Part shown: positions 1-6,840 of the stretch, one piece after another
How positions within the stretch are numbered: the stretch's first letter is position 1
Layout of the letters: each line of letters begins with the position of its first letter
DNA from: Myxococcota bacterium
GTDB taxonomy: Bacteria; Myxococcota_A; UBA796; GCA-2862545
Direction of reading: 5' to 3'
Assembly (NCBI GenBank): GCA_039208735.1
Contig: JBCCQY010000207.1
Coordinates: forward strand, 1-13,404
DNA length: 13,404 nucleotides
Notes under the pieces: generated by a model
The model's database searches: none
The model's input: the letters and a program-made list of their open reading frames with translations, nothing else
What the model was told of the DNA's origin: nothing
Translations under genes and position numbers: made by a program

Positions 1-814
1 ACTTGCCGGGGCTCCTCCGTCGGCACGGGTTCGACGGACACGAGCGAGAACACGTCCATGGCGTACAAGCGGCTTCGGGCTCGCTCGAGGCCGATCGATC
101 GAACCGCTGGCCTGGGCTGAGTCGCAACCGCCTTCGAACGGCGTCGGCGGGGACGTCGACGAGGCCGTCGAGGCGAATGTCCCGCAGCGTGGCCCGAGCC
201 CCCGAATCGACCGTATACACCAGCGTCACCTCCCGGGAACTGGTCCGCACCCGCACTTCGCCGGTGACGGTCGGATCGGGAAACCCAAGGTTCTGCAGCG
301 TTCGCCGGACCAGAACCCGGTTCGCCTCGTGGGTGGCCAAAAGAAAGGGAGCCCCCACCCCGGTAGCCGTGCGACGAACCCGGCGTTGAAGGGCACGACG
401 CCGGCCTTCGAGGCCCAACAGCTGGACTTCGGTCACCTTGTACGGCGAACCAAGGACGACCTCCCCCACCACATCGACCACCGTGGGTCGCCCCTCGGTC
501 GCCTCTCGCCGCGTTTCCAATCGCCAATCCACGTCCGCGTCGAAGAATCCTCGATGGGCGAGCGCGGTCTGCACCCTTTGGCGGTCCGCAAGCAGTCGAC
601 CTCGATCGAGGGCCACCCGCCGACGGAACGGCCAGGGGTGAAATCCCGGCACGGGATGGGTCATCACCTGACGCAGGTTCGAATCGCTCCGGTCGTTGAG
701 AAACCCCCGGTTGCCATCAAACCGCACCTGTCGCACTTCGACATCGCCGAGCATCGCACGCTTGGCGCACCCCAACCCAAGGCCGAGGGCCAGTCCGAGG
801 GCGAATCCTGTCAC
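1..814 (-). CDS. Omp85-family (TamA/TamL/BamA-like) outer membrane protein, N-terminal POTRA domains, probable lipoprotein; 3' partial, apparent 1-nt frameshift at ~89-92
   Basis: Not in the ORF track because there is no stop in the window. Hand translation from GTG 814 (GTGA overlap with the stop at 811-813) gives MTGFALGLALGLGLGC (lipobox), then EVRQVRFDGN...LLADRQRVQTALAHRGFFDADV (POTRA1), GSPYKVTEVQLLG...LQNLGFPDPTVTGEVRV...VTLVYTVDSG (POTRA2) and ATLRDIRLDGL...LSPGQRFDRSA (POTRA3). POTRA3 continues as LERARSRLYAMDVFSLVSVEP only in the adjacent frame. Confidence 0.85.
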   Translation of the reverse strand, partial: MTGFALGLALGLGLGCAKRAMLGDVEVRQVRFDGNRGFLNDRSDSNLRQVMTHPVPGFHPWPFRRRVALDRGRLLADRQRVQTALAHRGFFDADVDWRLETRREATEGRPTVVDVVGEVVLGSPYKVTEVQLLGLEGRRRALQRRVRRTATGVGAPFLLATHEANRVLVRRTLQNLGFPDPTVTGEVRVRTSSREVTLVYTVDSGARATLRDIRLDGLVDVPADAVRRRLRLSPGQRFDRSASSEPEAACTPWTCSRSCPSNPCRRRSPGK

Positions 815-1377
815 GACAGATTGCGACTCCGCTCGACGCGATGGAACTTCAAGAATCGACCGAGCGACCGGTCAAAGTCCCCCCCTGGGCATCGTTCGAG
901 CACGATGTCGATCTCGGGGTAAACCGGTCCAAAAGCGCGTAGGTAAGCTCGAACCGCTTGGGGGGTGACCCGAAGTTCCCGCCGGGTCAGTTCACGCGTG
1001 ATCTTCGATTCGGCGTTGATCCGGGTGCTGATGAACCGGCCCTTGGGGCCCAAGATCGCAAGGGCCCATCTTGGAAGGTGAGTTGCGATGAGGAGACGAT
1101 GGCCCTGCCACGACAACCGCATCGCCTGGGCGAGCTGCCCTAGATCGACCACTTCATCGATGAACACGATGTGAGGTGCCTCAAGGGCCCGCGCCGGACC
1201 GAAATCCAGCGGACGGGCCTCGATGCGGAGGTGTGGGCCCTCCCAGGCGGGATGGGTGTCGAGCAACCAGTTGGCAAGGGTGGATTTGCCACTCCCCGAT
1301 GGACCACCAAGGGCAAGCCATCGGTCCTGAGACGTGGTTCGCTTCGCCACCCCTGCGAAATCATGGACAGAGGTCAC
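811..1377 (-). CDS. Small P-loop NTPase (AAA+-like), ~188 aa, function unknown
   Basis: Walker A GGPSGSGKST, Walker B IVFIDE, then LLIATH and a helical lid-like C-terminus. Start moved from 1401 to GTG 1377, which has GGAG 6 nt upstream and a GTGA overlap with the upstream stop. Confidence 0.8.
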   Translation of the reverse strand: MTSVHDFAGVAKRTTSQDRWLALGGPSGSGKSTLANWLLDTHPAWEGPHLRIEARPLDFGPARALEAPHIVFIDEVVDLGQLAQAMRLSWQGHRLLIATHLPRWALAILGPKGRFISTRINAESKITRELTRRELRVTPQAVRAYLRAFGPVYPEIDIVLERCPGGDFDRSLGRFLKFHRVERSRNLS

Positions 1378-2423
1378 GACGGGCTCCAATGCTCGGGCCA
1401 CATCCAGACCTCCTCGGGACCCTCCACCTCGAGATCGACGAGTTCGGGAACGATCAGTTGCGCTTCCCAGCGAATCCCGACCCCGTGCTCCTCGCCCACC
1501 TGCATGGGAGGGGCTAGCCGCTCGAACGCAGGCCCGAAGTCCACCTCTCCCGGGAATCGCTCGGCGAGGGCCATGCCCGCTGGCCAGTGTTCAACGGTTT
1601 GGTCGAAGAGGATGGTGGCCCCCACCGGCTCCGAAAACGACACCGTTCGCACGTCGGTACCGCTCCCTCGCTTGTACTGACCTTTTTCAAGGTTACAGGC
1701 CACGATACGGAGTCGAGGCTGGACAAGATCGATCCGTGGACGGCCATCGAGCAACCCATGGACGGGCACCACCACATCGGGGCCCAGCGGGGGCACAAAA
1801 CCCCACTGCAGGTCGATGTAGCCAGAGAGTTCCTGCCACACCTTTCGGTAGACGAAGTAGCCGCCAAGGACGACCAACACGAGCCAGCCCAGGACCACGG
1901 CCACCCAGCCGCTCCACACTGCCCCGACCAACCCCAACAGCAATCCGCCAGAGTACCCGCCAATCCACTGGATGACACGGCGCCGGGCCGCGGGGCCCAG
2001 GCTCTCGAACGCGCGGCTCAGGTCGTAGTGGTCGTAGGGGTCCATCAGGCCAGTGTCGGACCCCTCCGCGTGCGACCATTGCGGCAGGTCCACGGTGGCT
2101 TCAGCGAGGGTCTTGTGGCTCCAAAACCAACCACCGTGCGGCACAAACACACGCACTTCCAGAGTCAGGGAGACTTGGACGCCGTGGTACGCATAGGCCA
2201 CGTGGGCAGGCAGATCGATGGGAAGCATCAGATCCGGACTGTCCAACGTCAACCGGGTCGACCAAAGCACTTCACGACCGTGAACGGGCCGACTGTCTTG
2301 CACCGTGGCCATATGAACGACCTCGATCTCGACTTCTTTGCCCATCACCGCTTCATCGAACCCTTCCACGACGAGATCGAGGTGTCCCGGGGGAGTGAAT
2401 CCGACCATGGCGTGTGTCGTCAT
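1374..2423 (-). CDS. Hypothetical membrane protein (~349 aa): two central TM helices flanked by beta-rich soluble domains
   Basis: ATG 2423 is preceded by GGAGG. Hydrophobic hairpin IGGYSGGLLLGLVGAVWSGWVAVVLGWLVLVVLGGYFVY is flanked by RRR and RK. The stop overlaps the ATPase start. Confidence 0.8.
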   Translation of the reverse strand: MTTHAMVGFTPPGHLDLVVEGFDEAVMGKEVEIEVVHMATVQDSRPVHGREVLWSTRLTLDSPDLMLPIDLPAHVAYAYHGVQVSLTLEVRVFVPHGGWFWSHKTLAEATVDLPQWSHAEGSDTGLMDPYDHYDLSRAFESLGPAARRRVIQWIGGYSGGLLLGLVGAVWSGWVAVVLGWLVLVVLGGYFVYRKVWQELSGYIDLQWGFVPPLGPDVVVPVHGLLDGRPRIDLVQPRLRIVACNLEKGQYKRGSGTDVRTVSFSEPVGATILFDQTVEHWPAGMALAERFPGEVDFGPAFERLAPPMQVGEEHGVGIRWEAQLIVPELVDLEVEGPEEVWMWPEHWSPS

Positions 2424-2470
2424 GCAGCAAACCCTCCACATGCCCAAATAGGCCATTTGCAGGCAGAAGA

Positions 2471-2488
2471 CCGAGCAGGAATGCTCGG
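2471..2488 (-). terminator. Intergenic hairpin, possible weak terminator or processing site
   Basis: Perfect 7-bp inverted repeat CCGAGCA-GGAA-TGCTCGG in the 120-nt gap. On the minus strand it is followed by TCTTCT, which is not a true U-tract. Confidence 0.3.
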
Positions 2489-2543
2489 GTTCACACCGGC
2501 GAGTCGAAGGGTGTACGCCGCAACGGGCTGGCTTACTGCATCG

Positions 2544-4199
2544 CTACGGCGGCACGGACAGGCTGATTCGCTCTACCGCCTGGGCCACCTCGGGCGGAGC
2601 GCACGCAAGAAACGCCCGCCCTTTGAGGTCGCCTCCGATCCCCAACGGCGTCGGACAGCCCTGCTGCAGGATGTCGAAGGGCCTGGGATCCGCAATCGTC
2701 TCGAAGACCACGGACGGGTCGACATAAGCCTCGGCGTCATCCAACAGAATCGCGGGCTCCACGAAGTCCCGGATGGTGACCTTGGTAAGCGTCAGTCCAA
2801 GATCGGCTTCAGCGCCTCGAACCCCATCGACCGCCACCACGGCGTGCCCGCCCACCTGAGCGTCGATGATGGGCAGGGTCCGCACCTCCCCCGGCGCAAG
2901 CGTGAGGTTGGTGAGCCCAAAGCGCCCTTGCCCACTCACGTACACCGAACCACGAGGGTGGTCGCTGGCGGTTCCTGTGCTCCAGGTCACGGTGGTTGTC
3001 TTCGTGGTGTCGACGGCACCCAGCGCAATCCCTCCCCCCACCTCGGGATCTTCGCCATTTCGAGCCATCGTCACGTCGCTTAGCGCAACGTTCCCATCCG
3101 CGACCCACACCCCCGCAAAGGTGTTGTCGGAGAGTTCTCCCACCTCGATCGACAGCCGCCCCCCACTCACCAAGACCCCAGGACCTCGATTGCGCTGCAG
3201 CGTCAGCTCGGAGGCCGTGACTTCACCTTGGTCTTGAACCCGCAAGGCCGATGCAGCCGCCGGGCCCGCGGGGCTGCGCGTCTCGGTGATGGACACGCCG
3301 TCGACGAAGGCGCGGCTGGAGCCGCGAACCACGACCCCACCCCCGGTGCCGACGAACGTGCTGTACCGAAGAAAGAGGTTGCCCCCCTGAGCTTCTACGC
3401 CAGGTCCACGAAGGCCCTGCATCGACGAATCGCCGATCGAGGCTTGCCCTCCGAGGAGCACCACACCTGCGTCGGTGAGTGACGGCCCGACCCCGCCGGT
3501 CACCGTCCAGAAGTTCGCGGTGAACTCTCCATCTTCGATTTGCACCGCCGCATGACCAAACCCTGTGGCACCGCCCCCTCGCCAGCTCGCCGCCCCCCCG
3601 GTCAGCCTCACGCCCACCGAGGCTTGGGCCTTGCGCGCACTCGCAAGTTCGGTGTCGCGGAGCATGAGGGATCCTCCCCGAACCTCCATCCCCACGTCCG
3701 CGATGTCGGTGAATCGACTCTGGGCGAGGTCGATCGAGCCAGATTGCAGCACCCAATCGCCACCTACAATCGACGCATCGGACCCCTCGATGCGACCTCC
3801 TGCCACCACGATGCTCGATGGCACGAGCCGTAGACCGGAAAAGGCGAGCCGTGCGCCTTCCTCGAGCGAAACGTCGTCGACCGTCAGCGTCACAAGGTCC
3901 GGGCACACTCCGGTCAGCGTGACCTCCAGCCCCTTCAGTGCGGCCCCACTCAACGAGTAGCTTCCGGCTTCGAGCACCAACTCAGCATCATCCTCAAGGC
4001 CATCGGCGAGTGCTGACGACCCGAAGACCACTTCTGCACCCGGGGGAGCCTCGAAGTCGACGCAAGACTGAGACACGCATTGGCAGGTGTCCAAGTACAG
4101 CGTCGTGCCGTCCTCACAATCCTCCTCTTCACAACCGGGGAGGTCATCACCCGAACACGCGGCGAGCCAGACCGCAACGAGGCTAGTTCGGCGGATCAT
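2544..4199 (-). CDS. Right-handed parallel beta-helix (pectin-lyase-like fold) lipoprotein, ~551 aa
   Basis: Start reassigned to ATG 4199 (GGAGG upstream), giving MIRRTSLVAVWLAA-C (lipobox). Cys/acidic N-terminus, then LVLEAGSY...VTLTGVCPDLVTL cap motif and repeated coils such as NRGPGVLVSGG and NTFAGVWVADG. Confidence 0.8.
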   Translation of the reverse strand: MIRRTSLVAVWLAACSGDDLPGCEEEDCEDGTTLYLDTCQCVSQSCVDFEAPPGAEVVFGSSALADGLEDDAELVLEAGSYSLSGAALKGLEVTLTGVCPDLVTLTVDDVSLEEGARLAFSGLRLVPSSIVVAGGRIEGSDASIVGGDWVLQSGSIDLAQSRFTDIADVGMEVRGGSLMLRDTELASARKAQASVGVRLTGGAASWRGGGATGFGHAAVQIEDGEFTANFWTVTGGVGPSLTDAGVVLLGGQASIGDSSMQGLRGPGVEAQGGNLFLRYSTFVGTGGGVVVRGSSRAFVDGVSITETRSPAGPAAASALRVQDQGEVTASELTLQRNRGPGVLVSGGRLSIEVGELSDNTFAGVWVADGNVALSDVTMARNGEDPEVGGGIALGAVDTTKTTTVTWSTGTASDHPRGSVYVSGQGRFGLTNLTLAPGEVRTLPIIDAQVGGHAVVAVDGVRGAEADLGLTLTKVTIRDFVEPAILLDDAEAYVDPSVVFETIADPRPFDILQQGCPTPLGIGGDLKGRAFLACAPPEVAQAVERISLSVPP

Positions 4200-5514
4200 C
4201 GGGGAACGCCTCCAGATCGAGCAAGAGCGGCACGCCGGAGATGACCTTTGGGGCATCTCCCACCACCGCGGCTCCATCCCAGGTCACGAAGGTGTCGTCG
4301 ACAGCTTCGCTCTCGATTTCGAGAACCCCCGCAGCAACGACCGCCGCTCGGGTAGGTGCGGTGACCGACGCGATGGACTGCAAGTCGTAGAAGAAGAACA
4401 TGTTGGGGACAAGATCGAAGGCATCCTGCACGACGACCACCCCATCGGCGGGGCCGTAGCCCGGGGTGGTGGCGGACTGTACATCGTCGATGATGAGGGA
4501 CGTCAACGTCAGATCGCCGAGATTGCGCACGAAAACCGCGGCATCGTGGGTCCGTTCGATCCGAAGCTCGGACGCCATCAGGTTCATGAGACCCTCCGCG
4601 ATGAGGCCCCGCCCCAGGCGACCTCCCGTGGGGGCCACCTCCCGGATGGTCACCTCCTCGATCCGCTGCGCAACCCCATCGACGGTGTCACCGGTCAGCA
4701 CAAGCCCCGCCCCAATGGCGCCCGTGATGTCGAGCCCCTCTACCTCGACCACCGCTCCCCGAAGCGCGCCCACCCCCACCCCGAGCGCCGTGGCGGAAAA
4801 GGGCGGCGCATAGGCCTGCACCTGGTCGATCTCAACGTCGGAAAGCCCCAAGCGAACCTGCTTGCCGTAGCCCTGAATCGCGTAATACTCGGCCTCTTCG
4901 ATGCGTACGTCGGCCACCGTCAGATTCACGCTGCCTACGGCTCGAATCGCCCGGCGGCCCCCCTGCACGGTGACTCCCCGCAGCTCGGTGGTGTAGGTCG
5001 CGTCGATGCCATCGAAGCGGTCCAAGTCTTGGGAGCGAATTTCCAGGACCGGTCGATCGGGCTGCAGCGGCTCGAGGATGACGTCTCCCGCTCCACAACC
5101 CACGATGGAAAGCCCCAGTCCAGGCGTGTCGCTCTCGCGGTACACGCTGACGTTGATGGGGTAGGTGCCCGCCGACACCGCGACCACCACCTCCCCTCCA
5201 CGACGCAGCGCCTCTCGAATCGCTAGATCAAGGTCGGCAAACGGCTGCCTCACCCGACCGTCGTTTTCGGGCTCCCCCACGTCCGGGGCCCCCGCTTGTA
5301 CGTGGAGAACCTCAACGTCTTCCTCTTCCGGGACCACGAGGTCTGCGTTGGGGGCCACATCGAGGATAGGCCCCCACCCCCCAGGGCACACCGACGGGCA
5401 ACGCGAGCCGACTTCGTCGTCCTCGTCGTTGCAGTCCACTTGGTCGTCGGCGCCGTCACCGTCTCGGTCGTTGAGATCGGGAAGCGGACATCCCAAGATC
5501 GCCATCCAAAACAT
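4183..5514 (-). CDS. Right-handed parallel beta-helix lipoprotein with N-terminal DxDGDG...DCND metal-binding-type motif, ~443 aa
   Basis: Start reassigned to ATG 5514 (TGATG overlap with the caspase stop), giving MFWMAILG-C. Contains DRDGDGADDQVDCNDED, then NDG...PFADLDLAI..A...VVVAVSAGTY (DUF1565-like beta-helix cap), then beta-helix coils. Confidence 0.8.
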   Translation of the reverse strand: MFWMAILGCPLPDLNDRDGDGADDQVDCNDEDDEVGSRCPSVCPGGWGPILDVAPNADLVVPEEEDVEVLHVQAGAPDVGEPENDGRVRQPFADLDLAIREALRRGGEVVVAVSAGTYPINVSVYRESDTPGLGLSIVGCGAGDVILEPLQPDRPVLEIRSQDLDRFDGIDATYTTELRGVTVQGGRRAIRAVGSVNLTVADVRIEEAEYYAIQGYGKQVRLGLSDVEIDQVQAYAPPFSATALGVGVGALRGAVVEVEGLDITGAIGAGLVLTGDTVDGVAQRIEEVTIREVAPTGGRLGRGLIAEGLMNLMASELRIERTHDAAVFVRNLGDLTLTSLIIDDVQSATTPGYGPADGVVVVQDAFDLVPNMFFFYDLQSIASVTAPTRAAVVAAGVLEIESEAVDDTFVTWDGAAVVGDAPKVISGVPLLLDLEAFPDDPPN

Positions 5515-6767
5515 CAACGACCTCGCGCGCGACGTGCCCGACGGTGCACGGTGAAGGTAAAGCCCGACGCGATAACGAGAGCCCCCGAGGTGATTCCAAG
5601 CCCCACCGCTCCACCCACCTGCTGGTTGATGGACTGCTGGGTGGACGCCCGGCGAAGCAACGTGTCGCAATCCGGAACCACCGGCCGTTGCCCGCATGCG
5701 AGCCGCTCCGCGCTCCAGGTGTCGACCCGTTCATCAGCGCGAAGGGCAAGCAGGACCGAACCCACGCCCGCGGCGACCCCCGCCGCCAACAAGCCCGCTC
5801 CCGCCGCTCGACGGTCCAGGCGAACCTGGTCGGGGTCGTCGAAGGCGGCGCGGGTCACATCATACGTCCACGTGGCCGGCGGAGGCCGAGCGGCGGAGGG
5901 GTCATCGCCCAGGCAATCGGCGGCTCCCTCGACGCACGGCTCGGCGCGGCGGTTGATCAGCACCACCTCGCCGCCGCCGTGACCCGTCTGCGCCACCACC
6001 CCAAACCGCGGGGTCTGCGACGCGTTTTCAAACACGCGCTGTCGAAGGGGAGGGACGAGGTCGCTCGGCAGGACGTAGCGTTGTTCGGCCTGTGTGAGGA
6101 GCTTCTCAAAGAAGTAGGCGAACACCGAGACCGGGGGCCGGTCCTCGTCGACCCGGCCGGGCGGACCTTCGTCGCTCACGGCCTCATTGCCACCAGACGA
6201 CAGGTACAATCGACTCGATTCAGAGCCGAGGCGCCGGGCAAGCTTCGCCCCTGGAAACGAATCGTCCTCGACGAGAAGCAGGATGCCCCGCTCGCGAGCG
6301 AACTCTCCTGAAAAGCACGCGTCGATCACCATCAAAACGTGACGAGCGGGCAGGGCTCGCACCGCCGCTTGCACGGTGGGATTGCCAAGCCAGGTGCTTT
6401 GGTCTCCGGCTACGGCGTCGGCGGGAAGCCAATAGCCGACTCCCTGATCCTCATCGAACTCGCCGTGTCCCGCGTAATAGATCAGCACGACATCGTCGTC
6501 GTCGACCTGCTCCGCCAACGCCGTCAACGTGGCCACCATCTCGCGGCGGGTGGCGTTCGGGTGCCGTTCGACATCGAATCCGTACTGAGTTTCGAGCACG
6601 TGGCCGATGCGATCAATGTCGTTGGTTGGCGTCTCGAGGTCGGGCACCCCCGACCCCTCGGCGTAGTCCTGCGCCGAGAAGAGAACCGCCTTGTAGTCCC
6701 CCACGCCAATCTCACGACCTGGGGCGGCCCATGCCGTTGTCAGCACCAATGCCAGAAGGCTTCCCAC
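5514..6767 (-). CDS. Caspase-family (peptidase C14, ortho/metacaspase-like) protease with signal peptide and C-terminal Gly-rich hydrophobic hairpin
   Basis: Catalytic dyad motifs YYAGHG (His101, nt 6465-6467) and IDACFSG (Cys151, nt 6315-6317). Also LETPTND, NATR, SSGGNEAVSD, SVFAYFF and QTP motifs. N-terminus MGSLLALVLTTAWA-A. GGAGG lies upstream of the GTG. Confidence 0.92.
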   Translation of the reverse strand: MGSLLALVLTTAWAAPGREIGVGDYKAVLFSAQDYAEGSGVPDLETPTNDIDRIGHVLETQYGFDVERHPNATRREMVATLTALAEQVDDDDVVLIYYAGHGEFDEDQGVGYWLPADAVAGDQSTWLGNPTVQAAVRALPARHVLMVIDACFSGEFARERGILLLVEDDSFPGAKLARRLGSESSRLYLSSGGNEAVSDEGPPGRVDEDRPPVSVFAYFFEKLLTQAEQRYVLPSDLVPPLRQRVFENASQTPRFGVVAQTGHGGGEVVLINRRAEPCVEGAADCLGDDPSAARPPPATWTYDVTRAAFDDPDQVRLDRRAAGAGLLAAGVAAGVGSVLLALRADERVDTWSAERLACGQRPVVPDCDTLLRRASTQQSINQQVGGAVGLGITSGALVIASGFTFTVHRRARRARGR

Positions 6768-6802
6768 GTTGCACCCTCCGCCAAGGGAACCGAGCCACGG
6801 TC

Positions 6803-6832
6803 ACGATACCGGACCATCGCGAAGGCCTACAA
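6803..6832 (-). promoter_or_regulatory. Candidate sigma70-type promoter for the caspase operon
   Basis: Minus strand TTGTAG-N18-TATCGT in the 73-nt intergenic gap, 35 nt upstream of the GTG. Partial consensus only. Confidence 0.35.
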
Positions 6833-6840
6833 CGTGAGCA

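Noticed and set aside
5515..5697. ORF-track N-terminal extension of the 504-aa ORF (likewise 4200-4277, 2424-2456, 1378-1401 and 12070-12075 for other genes)
   Set aside because: Most of these extensions overlap the upstream gene. The downstream starts give SD motifs, stop-start overlaps and/or intact signal peptides.
5514..6767. Caspase as part of a known anti-phage system (gasdermin, CBASS, Avs, type III CRISPR)
   Set aside because: No gasdermin, cyclase, STAND NTPase or cas gene is present, and the protease appears exported.
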